Source: Okamejei kenojei
Lineage: Eukaryota
NCBI GenBank assembly: GCA_035221665.1
Contig: CM069157.1
Coordinates: forward strand, 6,386,001-6,450,000
Reading direction: 5' to 3'
DNA length: 64,000 nt
Numbering within the stretch: position 1 is the first letter of the stretch; every line of letters starts with the position of its first letter. The position numbers and the translations under genes are program-made. Below the pieces are notes generated by a model. The model was not told the origin of the DNA and did not search any database. It saw only the letters and a program-made list of their open reading frames with translations. Of the stretch, positions 1-14,000 are shown piece after piece.

Positions 1-100
1 AAAAACCCACGCAGATCACAAACTCCGTACAGACAAGCACCCGTAGTCAGGATTGAACCCGGGTCTCTGGCGCTGTAAGGCAGTAGCTCTACCACCGTGA
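1..100 (-). mobile_element. tRNA-derived V-type (HE1-like) SINE, 5' part
   Basis: Reverse complement of ggtagagctactgccttacagcgccagagacccgggttcaatcctgactacgggtgc (A/B-box head); matches other copies in the window. Confidence 0.75.
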
Positions 101-659
101 CATCCTAAAAAAAGAAAAACTAACCCTCGATAAGAAACTGGGGAAACCTAATTGGGTTCCAAAAACAGGGTAGTCAGTTTGAAAATGCCCTCCTCTGAAA
201 GGCTTACCACAAAATGTACTGTTAAAATAGCAACTTTTCACCAGGGGTAGAAGAGTAATGGGAATCTGGAAAGTCTTGTTATGCATGGGAACAAAAAATC
301 AGTCTGAAGCAGGGTTTCGACCCGAAACATCTCCCACTCCTTCTCTCCAGAGATGTTGCCTACCCCGCTGAGTTACTCCAGCAATTTGTGTCTACCTTCG
401 GAGCAACAACCTTGTTCCCCAGTCACAATGACACAAGATCACCCAAGTCCATGGAGTAAACTTGAAATCATCCTCAGGCGGTTTCTCGATGCCATCTGCT
501 ATCCGCTCCAACCCCAGGGACAGAAGCAGCAAGGATTTTCACTGATCAACCCCCTTTGTATTGCCGTTTGAGGAGTTTTACTGCTTCTTATGGCATTATT
601 TTTTTTCATTAAACTACCAGCGTAAGAATAGGTCCTCCAAATGTTTACCATAAATTAAT

Positions 660-1505
660 TTAGTCAGCATAAAGTACATTCTTCAAACTCACTTGAAACC
701 CTTTAACTTTGGTTAACATGCACTTAGCCTCATTAATTACTTTCAGAACCACAGTTTTAAGGTTCACAGTAACTATGATTTTGAGCCAGAGCCATTTAAT
801 ACAGAAGCTGACCCTTTGGTCTACCAAGTCCATGCCAACAGTTTTGCTCATCTACACTAATCCCGTTACCCAATCTCTCCCCATAATTGAAGTTCTCCAC
901 TCCAAGCAACGTCCTTCCTATCATGGGGTGACCAGAACTGCACACAATACTCCTCACGCACCTATCCAGCATTTTGCAAAGTCACAAAATGAATCCCCCT
1001 ACTTTTATATTCTTTGTTCCAACTAACATATTCAAGCGAGTTGCAGATATTCTTCGCCAGCTTATCTACCCATGTTGCCACTATGTACAATATTAAAACT
1101 ATGCATAAACCCAAAGCGCCCCTGTACATCGACATTTACTAAGTGTCCCTTCATTAGGGGGCGGTCCAAAATGCATCACCTTAGAATTCTCAGTGTTAAA
1201 TTCCACCTGCCGATGCTCCAGCCAACATTCCATCTGAACTATATCCCACAGCGGGATCAGGCAATACTCCTCGCTATCCATGACACCAATTTTTGTGGCA
1301 ACCACAAAGTTAATAACCAAAACCCATCTAACCCCATTCATTCCATTTGTACGCGTCTAGTCGCAGTTTTTCAATCATAAAAAGCAAACTTCCATCGCGA
1401 CCCTCTGCCTCCTTTCACCAAGCTAATTTTTGGATCTGGTTACCCAACTCATGTGCTTGCTGGACCCACCAACCATGTGGGATCTTGTCAAGTCTGTCTA
1501 ACAGG
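660..1505 (-). mobile_element. Decayed CR1-type LINE
   Basis: Minus-frame remnants QVEFNTENSKVMHFG and gagtattgtgtgcagttctggtcacccca (EYCVQFWSP). Confidence 0.7.
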
Positions 1506-1514
1506 TGGGAACTA

Positions 1515-3112
1515 CAGTGCCCTCCATAATGTTTGGGACAAAGACCCATCATTTATTTATTTGCCTGTGTACTCCATAATTTGAGATTGTAATAGAAAAT
1601 ATCACATATGGTTAAAGTGCACATTGTCAGATTTTAATGAAGGCCATTTTTATACATTTTGGTTTCACCATGTAGAAATTACAGCAGTGTTTATACATAG
1701 TCCTCCCATTTCAGGGCACCATAATGTTCAGGACACAGCAATGTCATGTAAATGAAAGTAGTCATGTTTAGTATTTTGTTGCATATCCTTTGCATGCAAT
1801 GACTACTTGAAGTCTGCGATTCATGGACATCACCAGTTGCTGGCTGTCTTCTCTGGTGATGCTCTGCCGGGCCTGTATTGTAGCCATCTTTAGCTTGTGC
1901 TTGCTTTGGGGGCTAGTCCCCTTCAGTTTTCTCTTCAGCATATAAGAGGCATGCTCAATTGGGTTCAGATCGGGTGACTGACTTGGCCACTCAAGAATTG
2001 ACCATTTTTTTAGCTTTGAAAAACTCCTTTGTTGCCTTAACAGTATGTTTGGAATCATTGTCCTGCTGTCGAATAAACTACCGGTCAATGGGTTTTGAGG
2101 CATTTGTTTGAACTTGAGCAGATAGGATGCGTCTATACACTTCCAAATTCATTATCATCCATGAAGGTAATTGAGCCAGTACCTTCAGCGGCCATACATG
2201 CACAGGCCATACACCTCCACCACCGTGTTTCAGATGAGGTAGTATGCTTTGGATCTTGGGCAGTTCCTTCTCTCCTCCATACTTTGCTCTTGCCTTCACT
2301 CTGATATAAGTTAATCTTTGACTCATCTGTCCATGAGAACTTCTTCCAGAACTGTAGTTGCTCTTTTAAATACTTCTTGGCAAACTGTAACCTGCCCATC
2401 CTATTTTTGCGGCAAACCAGTGGTTTGCTTCTTGCAGTGTAGCCTCTGTATTTCTCTTCATTCTCTTCTCTGTGGACAGTGGTCATTGACAAATCCACAC
2501 CTGACTCCTGAAGAGTGTTTCTGATCTGTCGGACAGGTGTTTGGGGATTTCTTTTTTATAGAGCATTCTTCTGTCATCAGCTGTGGAGGTCTTCCTTGGC
2601 CTGCCAGTCCCATTGCGATCAGTAAGCTCACCAGTGCTCTCTAATTATGTTCCAAACAGTTGGCTGATGTCTCTAACAGTTTTATTCTTGTTTCTCAGTC
2701 AAATAATGGCTTCTATGAGTATCATTGGCACAACTTTGGTCCTCATATTGATAAACAGCAATAAGTTTCCAAAGGTGATGGAAAGACTGGAGGAAAGACT
2801 AGGTGCTGAGGGCTCGCTTATATCTCCATTAAGGAGGCAATTAAACACACCTGAGCAATTACAAATGCTTGTGAAGCCATGTGGCCCAAACATTATGGTG
2901 CCCTGAAATGGGGGGCGGGGGGGATTATGTATAAACACTGCTGTAATTTCTACATGGTGAAACCAAAATGCATAAAAATGGCCTTTATTAAAATATGACA
3001 ATGTGCACTTTAACCACATGTGATTTTTTTTCTATTACAATCTCAAATTGTGGAGTAAAGTGGCAAATAAATAAATGATGGGTCTTTGTCCCAAACATCA
3101 TGGAGGGCAACG
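1515..3112 (-). mobile_element. Tc1/mariner DNA transposon (IR-DR type), decayed
   Basis: About 225-bp TIRs starting CAGTGCCCTCCATAATGTTTGGGACA with an internal direct repeat, TA on both sides. Frameshifted transposase pieces: WTDESKINL, WPSQSPDLNPIEH. Confidence 0.95.
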
Positions 3113-5184
3113 TATGCCCATGTCAATTTTCTTAGTTATTTTCCTTAGTTTCAACCTAGTGAGGCAGGATTTCCTCCACGCAAAGCAAACTATCCCGCCA
3201 GTTTTTATAAACTAATTTTCGCCAATAATTTCCCTATCACTGATATACAGTTCACAGGCCTAAACCGAATTTGGCTTATCCTGCCTTCTGATACCTCACT
3301 TGCAGCGAAAAGTGTTAGCCAACAAAAAATCTCCAGCAATCCGCTCGCTTGCTTCCCACAATAATCCTGGGATAGATCTAATCTAGCTTCGAGGATTTAT
3401 CCACCGCATGTTACAATACGCCATCTTCTCAGTGAGATGATCCAGAACAACACACCCCTCCCTGGTCTCAACATCCCCCACAGCCTTCTCCTTGGTGGAT
3501 ATAGATGAATGCATCATTAGAACACATTTAAAATATTAATATATTATAATTCTCAAATATTTAAGTTTTACGAACACTGCAATAATTAATCTTTCCTTTG
3601 GTTTCCAGAAAATTCAGTGTGGAAAATTTGATTTTAAAGTTTAGTTTACAGATACAGCATGGAAAGAGGCCCCTTCGGCCCATCAAATCCATGCCAACCA
3701 GTGAGTACCTGCACACAAGGGAAATGTTTACAGAAGCCAATTAACCTACAAACCTGCACGTCTCTGAGTAATTGAGAATACATCCATCTATTTGGTTAAT
3801 TCAGTGTTTGTATTTAAGGTGTTGCAGGAGGTTTTTAAACTGTGGGGACATGAATCTAGCTTCATGAAGTTTATTGCTTTGCAGACTTAAACATTTTGAA
3901 AAGCAGGTTAGAACAAAATAAAAGTTACAATTTCTAAAAATGTGGGATATCACTCTTTACCATGCTCCAACTGGTAAGGAGTTGGAATACTCTTTACCAC
4001 TGAATACAAAGCCTTAGTTTGGATGGTGATAAATTAAACTCTCGTTTTGAATTGTTGATGGCCAAGACGGACTTAGTGGGTCAAATGGTCTGCCTCTGCA
4101 CTATATTCATCTGAGCACAGGCATGACTTGAGAGCCTATAACTAATTATAGGTGGTGGCTAACAGCAGCCGGTATGCACTCACTATTTCTATCCTCCTGA
4201 CATGTCTGAATGCCATCATTGGGAAAAGATTTGGTGACAGGCTTGGTGACAATACAAACCACAGAAGTACAAGCTCACATGCCTGCTTGTGCAAACAGAT
4301 TGCACAGTGCAAGGAATTCGACATACAATTGTACCATGGATGGCCCAACATCTTCAGGCTGGCACACAACCTCTCCACCAGTTCTTCACTGCATCCCAAA
4401 CATATTGCCTTAAGATTTATAAAATCATGAGGGACATAGTTAAGGTGAATAACTACAGTCTCTTCTACAAGTAGGGTTGTCTAAAACTAAAAAGCAAGAG
4501 GTTGAAGATTGGAGGAGAAAGATTTGAGGACTCAAGGAGCAGCTTTTTCCAAAGGCTAACACGGAGCGAGCTGCAAGAGGAAGTGGCAGAGTTGGGCAGG
4601 AGAGGTTTGGAGGGATATGGACCAGGTGGAATCAAGTGGGACCCGCTCGGTTAAGTGGGACTGGCTCGGTTCGGTAACTTGGTCGACATGGACGTGTTGG
4701 ACTGACAGGCTTGTTTCCGTATTATAAAAGGTTATAACTTTACTTCTTTGCTGCGATTTCAATGCTAAAATATTTCTCCACACACTAGCCTAAACCCAAT
4801 ACAGCAGAAAATCTCAGTTTCTACCTGCCAGCGAAACAAAAAATACCTTCACAATTAAAAAAAAACTATTTTAAAGAAAATGTTCAATAATCTCAAGTTC
4901 TGTAACTTCAGATCATTTTTTCTAAATAAATAGCAACGATATTTTAATTAAAAACTCAATTCCATGACAGCGTTCCATGTGCATGGATCTTTGGAACTGC
5001 ATTCCAGTAGGACACCACTTCATACGGATACAAAAAGATGTGTTGGGTAAAAAGGAAGCCAGATGCTTCAGCTTGTATTAAAAGGATAACCTCTTAATTC
5101 TTCCACTGCAATTAGTGAATTGAAATGATTTGACGAGTTTCTTTAATTCTCTAACACACCGAGTTGTGCGGAAGACAAACTGAC

Positions 5185-5458
5185 CTGTTGTTGTGAGCTG
5201 TAATCAAACAAGCTCACAGCAGCTGTTCCAGAATCCATTTGCACCTGGCTGCTGGAATAATCAAACTGAAGAGAATCCAGTCCTACAGGTTCCATAGAAT
5301 CCAAGGGCACATTCTGTGACTCGACGTTATTGAAGTCTTCCGTGGGCTTTACATTGTTGCTGTTGGCCAGCTGACCCAGGCTTTCCGAATTGTTCTGATT
5401 AGGTCCGAGCAGGTCCACCACTTCACTCGGGGAGGTCTGACAGCTGCCAGGGGTACGG
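5185..5458 (-). CDS. PUM1: PUM1 exon 7 (274 nt); gene continues beyond the window start
   Basis: tctag|CCGTACC...CAG|gtcagt encodes [22 protein letters not shown]...[29 protein letters not shown]. Confidence 0.95.
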
Positions 5459-7115
5459 CTAGACAAACAAAGTTCCTAGTGACCATTTTATTTGTGCACA
5501 CACACACACACGTGACATCTCACACTGATGTTGTCCATGCTCAAGGCAGGCATATTTAACAGCAACCACCTTAACATATGTTGGCTATATAGAAAATTAA
5601 AAGTGAACATGCAATACAAATGTTGATTTGAGATTGAAATTTAATTTGAAGATCTAAGATTTTACAAGAGTTTAAAAAAGTATTAAATGCCGATTTCAAC
5701 CAAATTCTTCTGCCTGCTACCATTCGGCTTGAAAATACGCACCATACTCATGAACTTTCCCTCAGTTATCAGGTGTCTGAATGGTCCTTCCACAAGCTAG
5801 GATACTGTCCAATTCACTTCTACACCAGTGTGGACATTGCACTTTGTCTATGGATGCACCATAATACTGAGAACCATATTCTGTACGTTGCATCTTCCCC
5901 TTAGCTCTGTCCATTGTACTTCATTTTAATTCTATTGTATTTATATTTGGTATCTGTTTGGATAGAGTGCAAAACAGAAAAGCTTCTTGCTGTACCTCAG
6001 TACACTTTGTACATTTGATCCTATAAATGAGTGCCACCCCTGGACTGCATTAGATTTCTTCAATTGACATTTAATTTATAATCCATAACAGTCATCAGCA
6101 AGAAAATTGCTTAAGTGGAACAAAATTACTGAAAACGTAACTCATGAGGTAGAAGACAAGATAGAATGACAGGACATTCCCCAGATTTAATATGATCTAA
6201 AATAATTTAGCAGGAAAATCACAAAGGAAAATGGGCTCTGGATGCATTCAATGTTTGAAGAGAACAAAAATAAGTGATCATCTGTCTGAGAAGGCATCTT
6301 CCCCTCTGTGATCAGGCTTCTGAACTGTCCTTCTATATGCTGGGGTACTGTCTAATTCACCTCTATCCTATTGTGGGCATTAAACTTTGTCTTATGGAAC
6401 TTGTGCACTACAATGCTGTGATCTATTCTCTATGTCGTTCCCTTTGCTCTCTCTACCTATTGCACTTGAATTTGACCTGATTGTGTTCATGTCTAGTATT
6501 ATCTGATTTGATAGTAGGCAAAACAAAGCTTTTCCTTGTACCTCAGAGCATGCGATACCAATAAACTGAAACCTATTCAGCACGGCAAAAGTGGACAAAG
6601 TACACCACATGATTGCTAGCACTGCAAACAAGTCTCCATGCAACGCATTATGTTTATTCTTCTCACTGACACATGTTTATTTTAAGTCATCTCTTCATGT
6701 CGTTACTGCATTGTCAATTTCTTCTTTTTTAAATTACATAACTTCTTAAAAATTCTATTCTACAAAGTTAATCTTCCATTTCTGGAAGCCAGATTATCAT
6801 GTCGACAGGACTAGTGTGTAAGGTGGTGTTACATGGGTCAGCAAGAAGAACTTGCATTCACATTTTAATATCAAGGAGGAAATGTTGCTATTTGCTACTC
6901 TAGACTGCGGGATCATATGCAGAGATGGCTTCATTGGGAAATGTAAGTAATCTAAATCAAGCTTTAGATAATCCAATATTCTGAATATTTAGTTTTTTCT
7001 ACCGATTGATAAAAGTATTAATACTGCCTCAAAATGAAACTTGTCATGAGCTGTGGACTGAATGGTCAAAAATGTAATCACGAAACAAGAATAAATGTAC
7101 AATTTTACTATTTAC

Positions 7116-7276
7116 CTGAAGTCTTTATCAGAATCTATGCCATTTTGCACCACCAAGCCATTTGTTTTATCAATTCCATCGTCTTCTACCTCTTTCAGGT
7201 CCCCCATCTTATCCCCATCAAATGATTTTCCTTTCTTGTCTCCTTTTTCATTATGAGCTTCAGCATCTCCAGAACC
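7116..7276 (-). CDS. PUM1: PUM1 exon 6 (161 nt)
   Basis: ttttag|GGT...TTCAG|gtaaat encodes [53 protein letters not shown](S); phases fit the neighbouring exons. Confidence 0.93.
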
Positions 7277-8081
7277 CTAAAAAAAAGCAGAGAAAGGGGT
7301 GTGGGGAAAACACTAAAAGTATGTTTGACCAGCTACTCTACCACATTACATTGCTATGCTTTGATTTTAAGCACTGAAGGGTAAACTGATCAGATAGATA
7401 GATGACTGCTGTTGCTCTAAAGCCCAGAAAGTAAAATTGCATAAGTACCAGAACATTACATAGAATTGCAATCAACTTTTGACATCAGCAGCAGAAGCAG
7501 GTAGATGCATTGGTGAAACCAAAAATTGAACAATAGTAGAGTTGCCCCGTCACAGCTTTGACCGAAGAAGGGTCTCGACCAGGAACGTCACCCATTCCTT
7601 CTCTCCAGAGATGCTGCCTGTCCCGCTGAGTTACTCCAGCATTTTGTCTACCTTCGATTTAAACCAACATCTGCAGTTCTTTCCTACACAGCTTTGATCA
7701 ATTGTTTTAATAGCCTTAGCTACTGTGTGAAGAGACCTACCAATTGCACATTAGATTAAAACGTGTAATGAAAGATCAACAGATCAGCCTAAATGGATCA
7801 AAAGTTGATCTAGGCCAGACCTTCCTGTAGATATCTCACCAACCTGGGCAATTAAGTTCCACCAGGGTAGTGGATGAGGCTTTGTATTCCACCCTCGGCT
7901 CAGGGGGGTACACGGAGGTATATTTATTATCTATAATAATAAATGATAGGATGGCTTTCATTCCTATTGCACTAACTAGAAATCTAATTTCTCAGTTTGT
8001 AAAAATACTGTGGTAAACAGCTTGCTAATGAATTATGGCTCTTTGAGCTAGTACCACGGATACTATTTTATATTGTTCACG

Positions 8082-8268
8082 AAGGAACGAACTGCAGATG
8101 CTGGAAAATCGAAGGTGGACAAAAATGCTGGAGAAACTCAGCGGGTGCGGCAGCATTTAATGGAACGAAGGAAATAGACAACGTTTCGCCCCGAAACGTT
8201 GCCTATTTCCTTCGCTCCATAGATGCTGCCGCACCCGTTGAGTTTCTCCAGTATCTTTGTCTGCCTAC
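8082..8268. repeat. Fold-back palindrome of Penelope-derived ends
   Basis: gacaaaaatgctggagaaactcagcgggtgcggcagcat...caacgtttcg|cc|ccgaaacgttg...atgctgccgcacccgttgagtttctccag: near-perfect inverted arms of about 70 bp. Confidence 0.8.
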
Positions 8269-8427
8269 CATTTCATATTGCCCAACATGCTGAGGCAGGG
8301 ATTATACCATTGAGACAAACCAGAGACACAGAACTGATAACAAAACCACATTGTTCAAATTTCGACACATTCTAAATCATCTCGTGTAGTCAGTATAGTT
8401 GCAAAATCGAATGCTTCCAACACTTAC

Positions 8428-8615
8428 GAATGGCCCTTTTCGGAGGCAGGATTCCAGTTTTTCACCAGGAGAAGAGCTGAGCACATACTCCACCATGCTG
8501 ACACCCAGACCGCCACTTTCAGAGCGTGGAGATAGGACAGAGTTGACTTCATTGCTGCCGTGGAAACCTTGACCAGGACGTCTTTGCACCATGATTGGCT
8601 GTGACACAGAGTGAT
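8428..8615 (-). CDS. PUM1: PUM1 exon 5 (188 nt)
   Basis: ctcag|ATCAC...TTC|gtaagt encodes [63 protein letters not shown]. Confidence 0.96.
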
Positions 8616-8714
8616 CTGAGCAAGGGATTAAAAACATTCCCATTACTAACGAGCGCTATACCACGATAGGCCATCACAGAAGTGAGGATTTTGGAGTTAT
8701 TATGTTAATATTTA

Positions 8715-9120
8715 GAGTCATAAACTCCTACAGCATGGTGACAGGCCCTTCACCCCAACTTGCCCACACCAGCCAACATGTCCCAATATACTAGTACCAC
8801 CTGCCTGCATTTGGCCCATATCCTTCTAAACCCGTCATATCCATGTACCTGTCTAAATGTTTCTTAAATATTGTAATAATATTGCCTCAGCTACCTCCTC
8901 CGGCAGCTTGTTCCATACTTCCACCACCCTTTGTATGAAAAAGTTACCCCTAAGATTCCTATTAAATTTCCCCTTTCACCCTAAACCTCGTATTCCCCTA
9001 CTCTGAACAAGAAATTCTGTTTTTTAACTATGCCTCTTATGATCTTATACATCTCCAAGATCACCCTTCATCCTCCTGCGCTCCAAGGAAGAGTCCAATC
9101 CTGCTCCAGTTCTCTCTATT
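8715..9120 (-). mobile_element. CR1-type LINE 3' fragment
   Basis: Collinear with 57770-58165, whose minus ORF reads FTQRVVGVWNNLPEEVVEAGTIPTFKKQL (CR1 ORF2 end). Confidence 0.75.
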
Positions 9121-11132
9121 GCTCGTATTAATGTTTACTAGAAAGTAGTTGCACAGATGACTTTTAATAAATCACACCTGTCAAAATGTAAGTACTTATC
9201 TTTAAATAGTAAGTTACAATACTAAATTATGGTAGCCCCAGACAACTATCTTCAAATGGAAAGGCCAAAGTGGAACCAAAAGGGACATTATAAATAGTTC
9301 TGACATTTGTCCCCATACAAAACCAGAGACCAAATCTAGTCCTAACTTATAGAACGTAGAACAGTGCTGCACAAGTAAGTGCCCTTCCGCCCAATGCCCG
9401 TGCCGAACACGATGCCAGGACCATAACTAATCTACCTGCACATCTCATCTCTACATTTCCTGCATATCCATAGGCCTATCCAAAAAATGTTTAAATGTCC
9501 CTAATATATCCGTTTCAACTACTGCCCCTAGACAGTGTGTTCCAAGCACTCACCATTTTGTAAATAATCTACCCTGCATGTTTCTTTTAAACTTTACTCC
9601 ACACACCTTAAAGCTAAGTCTTTATATTTTATACCTGCATGCAACAGAAGTCAATGGTCAGGTCAAGTCTTGTACACCCCTAAAAATCTCAAGATGGGGC
9701 AGGGCAACCTACACCTATGTCTCCCTGTAAAGTTGGAAAACTGTCCCTCAAGACAAATAGTTGAAGTATCTGGATCCATGTCTTTGAAAGTACAGATGAT
9801 ATAATTCTCGACCCGTAACGTCACTCATTTCTTCTGTCCAGAGATTCTGCCTGTCCCGCCCAGCTTTTTGTGTCCATCTCCGGTTTAAACCAGCATCTGC
9901 AGTTCCTTCTTGCATATAATTACATCATATTGAAATCTATAGAAGGATAAATTGTTTTGTTCTATACCCTCAACATCAGTAAATAGCACATTGGTCATAA
10001 TGGGCAATCAGAATTTATTCTATTAAACTCATTTCATTGAAACAATGTTAATGAAGTCATGCTCACATTCTTGGGGGTTTCCAAATTCTGATGCAATTTG
10101 ACAAACTGATCTCTGTGACGAGTTGTTTAAATATCAGAAGATATGGGGCAGAGTCAGCCGGGCTGGAGATTCGACTCGTCGCGGCGGCCACACGGGACGC
10201 CCCATGAAGGTAAGATCAGCGCTGCCTCAATCCTTTGTCTAAATGCGTCACATATTCCGGGGGAGAGTAGGGTGCAAATTACAAGTTTCGCTCTTGTAAT
10301 TTAATCTGGTTCGAGAGGTGCGGACAGGGCTGGACAGTCCTGTGGTGGACCTATAACCTACTACTAGCCCTTTGACAATATGCTGGGATTTCCATATCCC
10401 TCCTGCAACTTCCCCCCCATTAGATATTACTTTATTTTACTAGCCAAAAAGTGGACATGTGACCTTGTCCCACGCTATCTATTTGCCAATACACTGCCCA
10501 CGTCAGGCTAACCATCCGTGGTCCCTAATGTAACCTCAAAACCGCTCACAACTTTCGCTCCTTTTTTGCGTTTTCATAGAAAAAATTTTAACATCTACCC
10601 TCTGGTTGCATTCAAAAACCAAATTAACTGTTTAAAATTGCGTAAAAAAGTTTCAGCCACAACACACTACCAACTTGCTTGCTTGCTGTGAACGAGGAGC
10701 AAATGAAAAAAACCCACCCATGTTCTGCCAATGATAGCATTACCGAATTTCGAACCCTTTCAATTTCCACAATAAGTTCGATATCATATGGCAACCAGTG
10801 AAATAAAACTTAAACCGTCAGGTCAGAGAAAGCTGACAACAAAGAAGATCACGTCTTATCGTCGTCAAATTTGCATTCGGCCTGTCCCACTGAGTTACTC
10901 CCAGTAATTTGAGTTTATCAACAACTGGACAGACCAGATAGTGGCGATTTCCAATTGCTTTTAGGCAAAGATTACATCGTCTAAATCTTCAATGTCCAAT
11001 GCAACATCAAAGTTAAAAAACGTCAATCGCTAAAAATGTAGTAATCTCGCTCTTCTGTTTGATATGTTGGTAATGGTCATTTTAAATGTATTCATTTTTC
11101 CCGATGTTTACCCTTACTAAATGCACTCGTAC

Positions 11133-11275
11133 CTGAAGTCCCCATGCCACTGTCTCGCCCTAATTCTGCATCTCCAAGAAATATTCCCTTCTTCACTTAC
11201 GATCCCATCCCCCCTGCTTTTCGTATCGGTCAGACCCTCCCCCCACGTAAAAAACTCTCTCTTTCCAGGCACAAG
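11133..11275 (-). CDS. PUM1: PUM1 exon 4, corrupted by numerous apparent sequencing insertions
   Basis: Minus strand retains cttgtgcctggaaag...aagggaatatttcttggagat...ggcgagacagt...tggggacttcag|gt, matching LLPGKKFWE...KGIFLGDQWRDSAWGTS. It spans about 143 nt instead of about 106-109 nt and no single frame carries the PUM1 peptide. Confidence 0.75.
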
Positions 11276-11499
11276 CTAATAAAAAACAGAGAACAGACAT
11301 GTTTAACAAAAACCAAAGCAATTTCGATACAGCCAGGACCAAGTAACCGATCAATACCCCACTGATCTCAAATTTACAAAAAACCAACTTGGCACAACCC
11401 CCTGAATCGGATACAACAATACTGCGAAGGCCCGAGGAACACAAGACCATTTATTGTTATAAAAACAACGAAATACTTTTTCCTTCGCGGCCATCCACG

Positions 11500-14000
11500 A
11501 CCACACACCTCAATCTCAAGATTTGCCTACTTACACAGATCATTCCAATTTAGTCTGGTATAAACTGAGCCATAGGGGGGCCCTTATAAATGGCATTCAA
11601 TATCCAAGTAAGCTCAATGCAGCTGCAAAAAGTTACTACCCCATCTGATAAAACCACAACATAGAGCTTATGCTCCACCATACTGGGGTCAAGTCCAATT
11701 GAACATACGAGCAGTGACAAGTTCCAAATATTTCCTAAACTGGACGCAGTGTACACTAGCGTCCATCATATAGAAATGAATAGCTCTAATTACCCTCACA
11801 ATGACCAGCGTTCATGATCTTTGAAGGAGCAGCAAATTACATTACTAATTACAAGCCCAGGACCATGGCCCACAAACACAGTCAAAAGAACTGCAGATTT
11901 ACCAATTGGCCTTAGCTCTGATGCAAACCATGACAAACACTAAATTTCAATTTCATTCCACATTTGCGATTCCGCGTGTATCAGTTGTGTTCCAAAGAAG
12001 GACATGATCTATAATTTTTTCCAGACTCGCAACGTACAACATGGCATTTGACAGGAGACTGCCAACGCACCAACCCATCCCCAACAAATCAAACGGGCAC
12101 CAGAGAGAAAGTCATGAAAACAACAGCTTTTTAGAGCCGTCCGTGTTCATACAAGGACAGCCCAAGCCCTCAGAACAAAGATGTTTTTCTTACATAAAGC
12201 ACTGAGAGAACAAACATCCTATAAGTCCTTTAAGGAATTTGGACCTTGATCTGCAATGTGTCTGTCAAATGCAACAGCAGGAAACTTGGGCTGGGTAGTG
12301 GACACAAACAAACGAACATAAGCCTAAAGAGAAACCATAGTTGAAATGAAAATTGGAACACTCCCCACTGTTTTTTCAACCATTTTGTGCAATTTTATCC
12401 CAAGGAAGTACCGGCATGTTTAAGAGCAGCACCTCCCAATGTTTCCCCAATGCAACCCCAACATACAGCACGCTCTAGAATAAACACAACTTAAAGAAAT
12501 ATTTACCAAAAAACCTTCCAAAGCAGTGGTATTTTAATTGGGGGGGGGGGGGGTACACAACACGGCTCTGGAAAACTCGGCGGTTCAGCAGCACTCTAAG
12601 GACGATGGCGATAGCAACATCAGCGGGCCAAAACCCTCTCAGACTGTGGGGAGGTGGGAGGAGGACAGGGAGACAAGAAAGGGAAAAATTAGGAGAGGAG
12701 CCCCCGAGGGACTGAGGAGAAGGTGGACAAGGGCGGAGACAGCAAGATTAACAGAATTTTGAGAAAAATTCAAAGTTCAAGCCCAAAGAGGATGCATGAC
12801 TCCCCAACGGAAAGAGGTGCTGTGTCCTCCAATTTGCGTGTTGTCTGCACCACGGCCGTGGAGGCGATGGGCCCAGGACAGAGACTCTCGGATAGCGAAT
12901 GGGAGAGGCGGAGAGTCTTGAAGTTTGAGAGCCGCACATCCCGGGCGAGGTCGGATTGGTATTGTGGACCGAGCGGACCAACCCGACAAAGCGGTGTTAA
13001 CGGCGAACGATCGCCAAGCCTACCGCTTGAGGTCGTCATTCACCGATATACAGATCAGGTCATTTAAATGGTTTAGGTCAATACTTAGCAAAATAGGGTC
13101 TTTCAATACGTGCTGGCCTGAGGAACTCTTAACATCACTATAGGGTTAAAAGAAAAGGTAACATCGAAACCCTACACCAGGACCAGACAACCCTAACAAT
13201 GTTTACAGCAAATACAGTCCCAAATTTAAAAGGAGCAAAGTTTAGTAGCTAAAGCATCAGATCCTCAACATAGTAACTAAGAGAAAATACAGGGGGGGGC
13301 AGGAGCCAGCGAGCGGAGCGACTCAGATGGAGGGCATGCGAGGATTCACTTGCCAGGTATGATGTGGACTCAATGCGGGTAGACTACGGTCGCGCGGACG
13401 TTTCTCCTACCGTCGTATACACGACCACCAGTCCTCCCCCATTTCGCGTTTTGGAACCACACATCTCCCGGGCCGGTTGGGCCGCATCCGGTCCCCTCTG
13501 ATAATGGTGCTCTGGTTGCGACACAAACAATCACCCTCCGCCGACCATCTCCAGAACCTCCCTCAGCTGCAGTAAAGACGTGATGACACTCCATTGGACA
13601 CGGGCGCGCGACACTGAGAAAAGTTTCCACCGACCAAGCAGTGATAGGAGAAACAGAATCAATCCTCCCACAGCAATATAAGTTGCTGAAACCCCGACTG
13701 GCAGAAGATGATCGATCTCTCGAGCACACGCGCACATTTCTTCCTCTCTAAACACACTCGCCTAACTTTCTTACGACCTTTAAACCTCCATCCACCCTGA
13801 GCAATCACTTAGGGTATTTATAGAGACATACCAGGACTGCGAATACTTTTGCGGCTGCAACTAATCTGTCAATTCAAATATTCCGCGAATCCACCAGCAA
13901 GCAGACACTCGCAATGATTAAGCAGTTACCAAAAAACTGTAGAACTATTACTACAAAAAAAAACATACCGTTTTTTGCGCACATTAGAAAACGACCGCTT
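11500..14000 (-). mobile_element. Probable L1-like LINE (ORF1 and start of ORF2) inside the low-quality segment
   Basis: Only fragments are legible (RLGDRSPLTP...VRLSNFK; an SRRKNIRI-like stretch near 13840; W.LSLL near 11720); heavily frameshifted. Confidence 0.3.

Noticed and set aside
11133-11275. PUM1 as a pseudogene
   Set aside because: All other exons are intact with correct splice phases, and the damage pattern is shared with neighbouring repeats, indicating sequence error.
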